From NCBI GenBank assembly GCA_965644295.1, contig CBFFRP010000052.1, positions 1 through 64,000 of the forward strand: DNA of 64,000 nucleotides, written 5' to 3'. The stretch comes from Paraphysomonas bandaiensis (Eukaryota > Protista > Chrysophyceae). Within the stretch, counting starts at the first letter, position 1. Every line of letters begins with the position of its first letter. The notes beneath the pieces were generated by a model. It ran no database searches and was not told where the DNA came from. It saw only the letters and a list, made by a program, of their open reading frames with translations. The position numbers and the translations under genes were made by a program. Of the stretch, positions 40,101 through 51,650 are shown in pieces.

Positions 40101-40401
40101 ATTGGTAACTACGAAGAACCATCTCCCAGATTCCGTCCAACTGCATATACAACCTCGGAGTCCGGGTATTACCTCGAAGAGCAATCCAAGCTCAATGGCC
40201 ACCACTCACGTGAACAAGGTTGCCGATTTCCCTTCAACCTTGAACACTGCTATTCAAGATGATAGAGATGACGAAGTTTCTATGGAGAGCTACGGTGATG
40301 CAAGCAAGGGAGTATCATACAACTCCTCGAGAAATAATGCTGGTCCATCATCCCGTCGTGTTAAGACGAAAAAAGTGGTTTCAAAAGTCTGTTTTGTGTG
40401 A
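37138..40401 (+). CDS. Two-domain (2x6TM) voltage-gated cation channel of BacNav/CatSper/EukCat type with two C-terminal EF-hands; 3 exons
   Basis: Two Ion_trans repeats: S3 WNNFDF/WNTFDF; S4 FLRLIRLMRLAKVFR and MLRLLRLLRVLKLMR; pores NDPWHF...STLSNW and NDPWHF...STLDNW. EF loops are DLNGGGVIDSNE and DKDGSGGIDFAE. Confidence 0.92.
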
Positions 40402-40846
40402 ATGACCGCGAATCGATATTTTTATATTACTTTTGTCATGTCTTCGTTATATCTTACTATTAGTACAGTATAGTAAATAAAAAGTGTTACCATATTCGTG
40501 AATATCAGAGTATTTTCAGTTACTATTTATTTGTGACATGACTTTAGTTGTGCCAATAGTAAACATGGCATGTGTGGTACAGTACATACAAGAGCATTCT
40601 ACCGATATTTATTACGGCTGGAATTTAAATTCTGTTGTTCTTCGTTTCATTTCATCATTCATACTTGGTCAATTTTCGGGAAGGTAGAGCATTCGGCTGT
40701 GGTATTATATACCCTATAACGTTATTATTTATTATATATGTTGAGTTCTGCATTCTGCAGTATGATGCGATATAGATTGTGCTATTGAAGTGAGTTTATA
40801 ATGTGAATTAGGTGAAATCAAATCATAGGCGTAACGGGTGATAGTT

Positions 40847-40965
40847 ACAAAGGAAGTAAATTCAGTTACTGATAAGTTACTATATAAGATATAGAACTGA
40901 CTGGTGAACATATGATAAACAGATGTTGCTGAAAACAGATGTTAACCAAATGTTACATGAATATG
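40847..40965 (+). repeat. Repeat family D, copy 2
   Basis: Matches 33612-33735. Confidence 0.7.
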
Positions 40966-41068
40966 TTTAGATATATAATTATAATTTCTTATTTGAAAGT
41001 GCATTGTGTTCAACAAGCGAGATTAAGGTTTAAGTGTAGAGCAAATTCAACTTCGGGAAATACTATTT

Positions 41069-41270
41069 AACCTAGTCAAATTGGTTGACAAACCTAGTCA
41101 CACTATTTTTGGTGGAATAACCTAGTCGAAGTAACAAATGACTCAACCTAGTCAATTTTGGTATTCAACCTAGTCGTTCTTGTATCCATTGATTACACAC
41201 TGTGACTGTCTATGATACTATCTCACACCACACAATATATTAGTGGCTTACAGAGCATCAAAGCGAACAC
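41069..41270 (+). repeat. Repeat family C, copy 2
   Basis: CCTAG at 41071, 41093, 41121, 41147 and 41169, with the same tail as the 8924 copy. Confidence 0.85.
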
Positions 41271-41936
41271 TTAAACATAACAATAAGCTTATATATATAC
41301 ATCTCTACCTAACACAGTATTATTAGTCATACTGTATCTTTAATCGTCATGATACTATATAGTATTTTTGACTTCGTATTACAGTTTTTCACATTGTATT
41401 TAATGTATTCTACAGTTCTATCTTAGGGAAACATAAGTAATCCAATAAGCAATATGCTATATAGACTATATAGGGTTATATCTTGTTAAGAAGAGTCAAA
41501 AGTATCGTAAAGTCGATAAAAAACTACAACAAAACTTTAATTAATTGAGTGCTACCACGTTGCATAGCAATACATTAAAACATTTGTAGCAGCACACCCT
41601 CCCAAAGTAGAAGCTGGCCACAGAAATATAACTATTAACAAACGAGGGACTTCAGATGTAACGACGCCAGAATATACAACGAATATACTCTGGTGATGTG
41701 GAGCTAACCGCTCGATTCTTACATGGGAGCTCCTCCTTATAAATCTTGCGCTCTTCCTCTCTGGTCCATAACTCTCGCCATGACCACTTCATGCAACAGT
41801 CGAACACTAACCCCAGCTACCCTTAAACCCTCTCTAACATCACTTCAACCATTCATTCCCTGAGGAAGTGTCACCCGATTGGTGGAATAGCCTGACATTC
41901 TTAGTATTGCTCACCTACTGCTGTAGCTATCTTTCC

Positions 41937-42710
41937 TATGTATGTATTATGTATGTATGTATGTATGTATGTATGTATTATGTATGTATGTATGTATGTA
42001 TGTATGTATGTATGTATGTATGTATGTATGTATGTATGTATGTATGTATGTATGTATGTATGTATGTATGTATGTATGTATGTATGTATGTATGTATGTA
42101 TGTATGTATGTATGTATGTATGTATGTATGTATGTATGTATGTATGTATGTATGTATGTATGTATGTATGTATGTATGTATGTATGTATGTATGTATGTA
42201 TGTATGTATGTATGTATGTATGTATGTATGTATGTATGTATGTATGTATGTATGTATGTATGTATGTATGTATGTATGTATGTATGTATGTATGTATGTA
42301 TGTATCTATGTATGTATGTATGTATGTATGTATGTTGTATGTATGTATGTATGTATGTATGTATGTATGTATGTATGTATGTATGTATGTATGTATGTAT
42401 GTATGTATGTATGTATGTATGTATGTTGTATGTATGTATGTATGTATGTATGTATGTATGTATGTATGTATGTATGTATGTATGTATGTATGTATGTATG
42501 TATGTATGTATGTATGTATGTATGTATGTATGTATGTATGTATGTATGTATGTATGTATGTATGTATGTATGTATGTATGTATGTATGTATGTATGTATG
42601 TGTATGTATGTATGTATGTATGTATGTATGTATGTATGTATGTATGTATGTATGTATGTATGTATGTATGTATGTATGTATGTATGTATGTATGTATGTA
42701 TGTATGTATG
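41937..42710 (+). repeat. (TATG)n tetranucleotide microsatellite, about 770 bp, few interruptions
   Basis: Directly visible. The MYVC-repeat ORFs here are artefacts. Confidence 0.99.
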
Positions 42711-42873
42711 CTTCAGATCTGCCTGGTATTAAGAGGAATCAACTGCAACTACTATTAGCCTATCAATGAATGAACGAGGTTTCTTATCAGAGTAATTGTT
42801 ATCGTAGTTGTGTATTGGATCACGTATCTTTTTATTAATATCATATTGTTATTGGTGTTATTGGTGGTGGGAA

Positions 42874-44498
42874 ATGAAGAGGTCGAGTGTAGGAGGTGAT
42901 GCTATCAGACGACAGCGCAGGGCATTCTATCGTGACCCAATGGCCATTCTATTCATGATATTTGCTGTATTTGCGATGTAAAGATGTATAAGTGTTTTAT
43001 TGTGAAGTATTAACCGTTTCATGCACAGACTTACAGTGTACATATATCTGTCCACTTCTCTTGAAGGTAGCGACAAAGTGATAAACTTCTTTCACGAAGC
43101 CGCAGCGCAAGGAAAGCCCAATATTCTAATGCCACCAGAAAATAACTCAACTCCAATACAACTGCAGCCAAGCTTAGTTCAATCTGGGCCGGGGCTGGAG
43201 GTGTTAAAGTTGAAGGGTGGCTCAGGAACCCGCTTAAATCGAGAAACCATGAGACAGGAACTTGGAGCATTTGCACGAAATTTTAATTCGTCTAGGGTTG
43301 AGGTACATATTATTTTTATGACTTATATGCATACAGTATGAATCTCACACACTATGTCTATTGTGGCTCACATCTGTAAATGTCATTGACTGCTCTCACT
43401 GGTGCTACGCCCTGCTCGTAGGACATATATTGTCCTGATACCCCACCAGCAGACTACCCCAAGACATATCCAATGAAAGCCTTACTGGACAATTGGAATA
43501 CCGATGATACGGACATCCCGCCTTTCCACTACAACTCCCTGTGCTACTTTGATTATCAGACGGAGTACAGTAAGGCTTTGGCGTACAGAAATGCTGAGCT
43601 GCCGTTTGTAATTCGCAACATACCTGAAGTAGATGAGGTGGTCAGGCGCTGGAGTGATTTAAACTACCTCAACAACCTTTTAGGGCCAGATAAGAAGTAT
43701 ACGACAACAATATCCAAAGACAATCATTTCATGTACTATAGAAAAGCAGGAAAAAATAGTCATCAGTTTAAGGATCAATACGGGAAGCCGTGGACGAAAC
43801 CGACTGATAAGACATCGCTGACATTTAAGGAATGGCTGGCCTTGGCAGTAGAAAATCATAATAGAACTCTTGATCAAAGGCACCACTACTATTTCAGAGT
43901 TAGTGGTGAAAATCCAGGTCATTTTATATACAAGGAACTGCCTTTCTTCAATCCCAAAGAGAGCTTCTTTATTGTGAAACCGTCAGGACAACGTGGAATA
44001 CACTGTAGGTAATATATTGATTGTGTGACATAGAAGCACGCGTTATGTATTCACTCCAGTGCTTTGCATCGGACACCTGATGTTGTCACTATTATATTGC
44101 GTGATAAGTGTGTGCTGAACAGGTTCGGAATGAGAAGTGTAATATCCGAGAATCACTATGACGGTAGTCGGAATTTTGCTGCTACGTTCAGTGGTCTACG
44201 TCGTTGGATTTTAAACCATCCCGATCAGTGTGACAATTTGTATCTTTTCAAATCCAATCATCCATCCGCTAGACATAGCTCCATTGACTGGTCTCAACCG
44301 GACTACGAGACTCACGAGCGATTCGCCACTGCTAGAAGCAATGAACTAATAGTTAAGCCAGGAGATGTGGTATATCTCCCGACGAATTGGTTTCATTACA
44401 TTATATCGCTCAATATCAACATTCAATGTAACACTCGTTCAGGGCGCACCTCCCAGTATGATAAGTATATTAGTGACGAAATGTGTCGTACGTATTAG
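42874..44498 (+). CDS. JmjC/cupin-8 2-oxoglutarate-Fe(II) oxygenase with an N-terminal membrane anchor; 4 exons
   Basis: MKRSS...RRQRRAFYRDPMAILFMIFAVFAILTVYIYL is a type II anchor. RFGMRSVISENHYDGSRNF carries HxD, and VKPGDVVYLPTNWFHYI carries the distal His. Confidence 0.85.
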
Positions 44499-44683
44499 GA
44501 ATATATATGATTTGTAAAAATGATACATTTACTACGTAATACAGAGTCTTTGTGACAACGTGTCGTTTAATATCCAGTAATGATATTTCAAGAAAGGAGT
44601 TTTTATCACAATCGTAGGTGTTTTTTTTAAGGCAACTAGCAGAGAGTGCGCACAACAAGCTTACGAAAATCAAACAACTACTG

Positions 44684-45976
44684 CAGGGCGCCTGGTAACC
44701 ATTAATGACAATTATAATGGCATTAATGAAAAATGATTCATGTGTTTCTACGCTCAGGTGGGTGTCATTGTGATTGCTGTCGGATGAGAGCAAACTGGCA
44801 TTATTAAACGTCTTTAGATATTTCATCAAGGAATGCCAGTTTGCTCGCTCAGTTTCAGAAAACAAACATAAAGTCCTGACTCGGTGGTTCTGAGATTCAC
44901 TCAGAAGAAGACTCTATTAATTACACCGTCATCAACGTTTTTGGCCATCATCATTGCTTAATATAAGGTATTATTACAGAGTATAATTACTTTGTCTAGT
45001 TGTGTACTGCAGCTCCTTTCAACTTTTGGGGAAAGGATAGTTTTATGAATGTTTTCGAGGTGAAGTAAGCATATTTTTAATGCTTTTTTAGAGTTTTTGA
45101 GTATGAGTACGTTATTATGTTGTTGCTCAGGAAACTATTTTCTAATCCTTATAGCAATAAGTTTGCCACTGATAATGAACAGAGTTTCTACATAGTAGCT
45201 GTAGAGTTGCATGAACATTGTTTAGATTTCACTTAGTTCTAATATATCAAGAACCAGTACATTCCATTATGTTGAGTTTTGCTGTTGGGGCAATTAAAAG
45301 CTGTAATTCTACCCTTCAGTTATATCTCCTGGTTTGAAGATTCAATGTACAGCTTTGAATTGAGAGGGAGTGTTGAGTTCTGCTGATGGGGCAAATAAAA
45401 GCTGTAATTCTAAGGTATTGGAATTATGACCGTTAGTCGAAGAACAGTAGTGGTAAACAGTATTATGAGAACTAACAACATGATGGCTACTGTAGTAATG
45501 AAACTGAGTATAATATAATAGTGATCATACAAGATAGTGACGATGTAAGATCGTACGAGAAATGATTTACTAAGTTAACTGGACGTGTATTCACTCATTA
45601 ATCTTATTATAAAAGTATAATCAATATCTCTTCTCATTCATCAATTTCATGTTATCTCTACGACCAATCATTTCTCGTACGATCTTACATCGTCACTATC
45701 TTGTATGATCACTATTATATTATACTCAGTTTCATTACTACAGTAGCCATCATGTTGTTAGTTCTCATAATACTGTTAACCACTACTGTATTCTTCGACT
45801 AACGGTCATAATTCCAATACTTAGAATTACAGCTTTTAATTGCTCCAACAGCAGAACTCAACACATTAATGGTAGTAGTCCAGTTCCCGGCAATTGTAGT
45901 ATGGCATTAATGAAAAATGTCCCATTATAATGGCGTTACCAGTAATGCCATTACCATTAACAGTTACCAGGCCCTG
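44684..45976 (-). mobile_element. Defective hAT-superfamily DNA transposon (1293 bp) with 8-bp TSD
   Basis: TSD AACTACTG at 44676-44683 and 45977-45984. TIRs are CAGGGC(GC)CTGGTAAC / GTTACCAGGCCCTG. Subterminal ATGGCATTAATGAAAAATG occurs near both ends. Minus-strand remnants resemble hAT transposase (CxxH-like C..(H)TLQL near 45200; FSETERANWHSLMKYLKTFNNAS near 44800). Confidence 0.88.
45370..45864. repeat. Foldback / long inverted repeat (about 198-bp near-identical arms, 98-bp spacer) nested inside the hAT element
   Basis: Arm 45370-45567 is the reverse complement of 45666-45864 with only a few mismatches or indels. Confidence 0.93.
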
Positions 45977-46123
45977 AACTACTGTAGTAGATAACAATAA
46001 AACACTCCTATTTACGTTAATTACAAGTTTTACTCTGATATCCTGCTAGCACTAAAACGATACAGTCAACAGGAAAACACAAGACTCAAGCGGGTTAGAT
46101 TTATCATACACATTTTCACAACT

Positions 46124-48573
46124 TTACTTAGTCTCATCTTCATCAACAGCTGGAACCATAGAATGATCTACATATTCATCTACTTTGATGTCGTTGTGGA
46201 AATCGATATCTGAAGTTTCCTTATCGCAATGAAAATCTGAGGTATTTCGTACCATAGATCCAAGCGGTTGCACGTCAACAGAGCTGTAATCTTCACCCTC
46301 GAGTCTCGAGTGCCCAGTATCCGATCCACACTCATCATCTGAAGCATCACCACATTGAACAAGCTCTACCTCGGTGCACTTATCCTCTACAAATTCTGAT
46401 AGCTTACAGTCTACGGTGCTCGTACTCTCAACTTTTTCTTTGGAACTAGTGTCCAGCCCATTATTTTCACCATTACGGCCACCACATTCTTGTAGAAGAT
46501 AGCTTTGGTCAGTTCTCTCATTTCCAGTTGCCTGACTTACTTCATCTTCAGGTTTCATATCCCCAGTAGTATGTGCGATGTTAGAATCACTTACCAGAGC
46601 GTCGACGCAATCCTGTTCTCCAGTTGAGTCATGTTTTGGTTCATCTCCATGCTTAAACTCTTTGTGCTTCGTGCAAACTTGGCTCTCTCCACACTGGGCC
46701 TCCTCGCTTTCACCAGCTACAGACTCAACTTCAGCTACCGATTTCTTCTTATCGTCTCCAATCTTAGCGGCAACGATTTCCTTTGCTCCCTCGTGTTCAT
46801 AGACACCATCACCACTACAATCTAGTTCAAACTCTACAACGGGATTCGACTCATTGTCTAAGAGAGGCTCCTCCCTCATGTTGCATTCCGTGTCATCAAC
46901 AAGAGATATATGATAGATGCAAGTTTTGGATCGAAAGTTGCTATACGAATTATCGAACACAAATATGAAGCTCCTCGTGACATTCTCGGCGCAGCATCCC
47001 TCAGAAACTCTCTCCTCACACTGTGAAGACCAAATCAGCAGCGAACCAACACATCGTTTCGCTACGTATAATATGATGTTACCGATATTCTTTCCAGAGG
47101 TAGCAGGTCAGACTCTACTCCTCCACCTTCTCCTTGCTGCCTTAGCCTCACCGCAAACCCAATATCGTAGTCCTTCACCTGCACGCACAAAAGTTATATC
47201 TATTCTGGGAGTAATAGAATCACTTGCTTTCACACCCTTGTCAAAGAACCCACCTGCATTCGCCATAATATTTCTTTACCCTTGGATACTACGAAAGGAA
47301 TCTTCGAGCATGACCTTGCGGGAATAGTTATCTCAACTGAACCCGGCTGTGCCTTCAGCTCGTCATATGTAGCCTATTTGGTTACACGGAAAGTCAAACT
47401 ACGTTAATATATATTGGCAAGTAGGCAAGGATTATATGAATGAACTGCTCTGTGATGCCATCCACCACATATACAATAAACTTATAGCTCAATGACATCC
47501 ATCACATACACAATAAATTTACAGCTCAATGTCCTTACCCGACGTAACGCTTCAGTATTGAGCCCTGTTTGTCTGTGCATTGCAGCTCTATTGATGAGAG
47601 CTGCGGCTGATGACGATGCTACACTATACAAAGACATTCCATAGTCACTCAAAGACCTTGATTTTTCTTCTTTCTTAATTGAGTCTTTTTCTTTGGTTTT
47701 CGTATCCTCGTCAAAACTTGCGTTTGATTCGTCGTCGTGTGCGGGTGGGTCCGATGAGCGGGCAATTTGTTCGAGAGTTGAACGAGAACTACCACTTGCA
47801 AGTGACATTATGCCAATTTTTGCAGTATTAAAGAGTGAAACCAGTCCCCCAGATGTAACATGGATAGATTCATCTTTTGTAGTACCCGAAGCAGTTTTTG
47901 GTAAAGAGTTGTCAGTGTTGGACACGGCCGGTGAAAAGGTATCCCCTAGGAAACTGTCAGTAAATGCTCTAATGCGAGTTGAAGTATCTAAGGATGTGTT
48001 GATACCAAAGATAGTGTACACAAGCATCCACGTTGTAAGCAGTTCACTGAAACAACTCAATGCTATATATAGCGGCAGTACAATTGTAACGACAGTGGAA
48101 ACAAAAACTATACCTGTGGATACCCCTTTAATGGTAGCTATAGGGCTCTTAGCAGGGGAAGGAGAAACTCCTTCTAGTGACCCTAACATATTTGTCCCAG
48201 AACTACCATCGGCTTCTCCTTCAAAATTCACGGCGTCTTCTGATGGAGCCCATTCGGACTCCCCTGTCCTGGAGTTATAGTAGTACGGGTAACCCTCAGG
48301 CGACGTGTATAGAGTCCATCCGTCACCACTATAGCTGCGGCTCTTGGACGAATAACTACTATACCACTCTTCAAACGGGATGCTAGGAACCGTGACCTCC
48401 CTCTTTGATTGCTGAATAAGATCCTCCAGCTCGTTCTCCATGTCACCCAAGAACTGCTCCAGATCATGATCGTCGACTACAGACTCATGAATCTCTCCTT
48501 GATCATCGTTCGAACTTACAGAGTTGGTATCGGCAAGCTCATCTTCATATCCAGTTTTGAACTTTTCGCTCAT
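46124..48573 (-). CDS. WW-domain protein with long acidic disordered regions; multi-exon
   Basis: DGWTLYTSPEGYPYYYNSRTGESEWAP is a WW domain. ORFs of 363 and 278 aa plus intervening exons lie on the same strand. Confidence 0.75.
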
Positions 48574-48656
48574 AGTTTCTATTGGTAAGTTATGATGGGC
48601 CTATAGATGACTCCTACGTTCATGCTTCGTACAGTACAAATGCCGTTGAGCACACC

Positions 48657-49235
48657 TACATACATACATACATACATACATACATACATACATACATACA
48701 TACATACATACATACATACATACATACATACATACATACATACATACATACATACATACATACATACATACATACATACATACATACATACATACATACA
48801 TACATACATACATACATACATACATACATACATACATACATACATACATACATACATACATACATACATACATACATACATACATACATACATACATACA
48901 TACATACATACATACATACATACATACATACATACATACATACATACATACATACATACATACATACATACATACATACATACATACATACATACATACA
49001 TACATACATACATACATACATACATACATACATACATACATACATACATACATACATACATACATACATACATACATACATACATACATACATACATACA
49101 TACATACATACATACATACATACATACATACATACATACATACATACATACATACATACATACATACATACATACATACATACATACATACATACATACA
49201 TACATACATACATACATACATACATACATACATAC
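48657..49235 (-). repeat. (CATA)n / (TATG)n microsatellite, about 580 bp, perfect
   Basis: Directly visible. It lies between the divergent WW and pseudouridine synthase genes. Confidence 0.99.
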
Positions 49236-49382
49236 GTACCGGACCACCTACTGCATTTACCGCCGTAGGTCTACAAGTGGAGGGCTCGTCCACTTGGTCG
49301 AAAAAAGTCTCTCTGTATCTGCCTGCACTGCCTGTGTGTCCACTAGACGATCTGCTCGTATGCAAATCCAATCTATTAGATT

Positions 49383-50283
49383 ATGCTCTGCTTGTTGACG
49401 CGCTCCCTCCTCGTTCCTCGTCATGCGAGGTATCTCTCTGTCTCATCTAAGATAAAACTTGATCGTTTGGACCGCATATTGAGCAGCAGAGGAGCGGGCT
49501 CTCGCAGTGAAGTGTCGCGACTGATCAATAAGGGGCGCGTTACTATTAACGGAGTTGTTGTTAAGAAAGCAGCACAGAAGTATGAGTCGAGTGTAACTGA
49601 TGTCAGAGTCAACGGTGTTGAAGTTGTTCCGGTTCCTCTTCTTGTGGCTTATAATAAACCGGTCGGAGTTATCAGCAGCATCGGCGACCCGTCTGGACGA
49701 TCAAACTTATCTGAAATTAAGAACATGTACAGCTACTTGAAGACTATGCACCCTGTGGTAAGGTGTATATTAATAAGTATGTTGTGATTAACGCTTTACA
49801 GGGGCGACTCGACCGCGACACCTCTGGTCTTTTATTGTTTTCTAGGAGTGGAGAACTCACACACACGCTCCTTCAGCCCAAATATGCGGTGGAGCGAGAA
49901 TATGAGGCTGTGGTTGAAGGGAATGTCACTTCTGTCTCTTCCCTTGCGGAGAAGCTGCAGTCAGGTTCATTGCACGACTTGTACCTGAGTTTAGGCTTAT
50001 ATTGTGGTGCACAGGTGTGGAAACCACAGATGGTGTATTCAGTGCCGACTTGACGGCGTGCGTTGCTGGGTCAGGTTCATCTCGTCTCCAGGTTGTAGTG
50101 AGGGAAGGGAAGCATCGCATGGTCAGGAGGATGTTGCACAACGCTGGCCACAGTGTGATGGAGCTGAAAAGACTACGATATGGCTCAGTAACTCTGGGTG
50201 ACCTTCCATCCGGGCACTGCCGGGGCCTTACTTGTGTAGAACTAGAATGGATTCTGAATTTGACGCAGCATCGACATATATAA
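49383..50283 (+). CDS. RsuA/RluB/E/F-family rRNA pseudouridine synthase with S4 domain, probably mitochondrion-targeted; 3 exons
   Basis: RLDRILSSRGAGSRSEVSRLINKGRVTING (S4), YNKPVGVISS, HPV|GRLDRDTSGLLLF (catalytic Asp) and EGKHRMVRRM. The N-terminus MLCLLTRSLLVPRHARYLS resembles a transit peptide. Confidence 0.92.
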
Positions 50284-50867
50284 TTATTCATATGTAACTC
50301 ATCTTATTGGTAATGCTGCAGATATTTTGTTGTACTTTATTAATCACATTTCTTTTACTGTACCTATTTTACGGCAACGGTATTCACTCGTTGTTATCTG
50401 CGGTGGACAGAAATAATTAAAATTTACGATGTAAACTCATATGCACCCACATATTCTTTAGCTACCCCCCTATATAATGTATATCATTCCAGATGTCGAA
50501 CTCCCTGCATTTCACTCCTATCACTTTGTGCCCGACTGCAGTTTACATGCAACAATGTCTGGAAATTAAATTGGTCAGCGGGTGCAGTACATGTAAAGTA
50601 GCCGTACTGAAAAATATCTTGTATAGTGAAATCCTTATCACAAAGTAACTTTTAGATGACTTAAGTATCACAGGTGTTGCTGATTCGAGGGCTTATCAGA
50701 AGATTTAAACTGTAATGCTCTGGCAAAGCTGCTTAGATATTAGATCCAGTCACAATGGAATTCAATGCACTGACGGCAAGCGGCAAGTATTTAGTATTTT
50801 CTGTATTATTTTATGTATCCACAGTGATCATAAAGAAGTGTATCACGTATTAGCACAGTAATCACGT

Positions 50868-50950
50868 CCCTCAACAAAGTCGGACCCGCACCTTTTCGTG
50901 GTGTTCTGGGGGATAAGTACCGGAGATATTTACTAACGCGAGCCGCATAT
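50868..50950 (+). repeat. Repeat family A, terminal fragment
   Basis: CCCTCAACAAAGTCGGACCCGCACCTTTTCGTGGTGTTCTGGGGGATAAGTACCGGAGA is nearly identical to 22597 onward. Confidence 0.85.
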
Positions 50951-51650
50951 ACACCAAAAAGGAAGGAAGTAGTTCAGATTCGGATGGGAATGCTGTATCT
51001 GACTACTGCATTAGTGAATTGTTCAATGTTCAAGTAGCCACTACAATTCAAAACTACAATACATATGTTATTTGGTTACCAATAAGAAAAACTCAACAAT
51101 AATATATGGCTTGGCTAGGTCAGAATGCTACGATTTACGAAGTAAAAATTTGAATCGTAAGGCCCAGAAATTTTGGCGCACGTATCGTCTGCAATGTTGA
51201 TGTATTGTCCACAACCTACCGGAAAAACTGGAAAAGAGAAGAAATCAAGTCTACATGATGGTACACATATAGTAATCCAATGGAAAGGAAATTTATGTTT
51301 GTTCACCTGATATCTAGCTTTAACATTGTAGATATACAAAGTTGAGTTGTAAGGGAATAACAACGTCAATAAAGAAATACTTCAGTTACAGTTATCATGT
51401 TCACCGCACAAATGATATGTACCAAATACCACTAATAATATTAATATAACTTCCACGCCAGCGATTATGCAGCTATTCCTTCGCCAAGTTAATGGCACAA
51501 GAAAACGGTTACCTATCGTCTCTAAAACAAATGACAACACTTAAACAAAACTTTCAATTTAGATATATAATGAAACAGCACATCTTGCACCCAATCATAA
51601 ACGTGTAAAAACTGGGTATACAAGCTATGCTGATCCCGCTACAATTGTAC

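Noticed and set aside
41868-42769. Long MYVC/YIHT-repeat ORFs (also 48579-49398)
   Set aside because: These are translations of a stop-free tetranucleotide microsatellite in all frames, with no evidence of coding.
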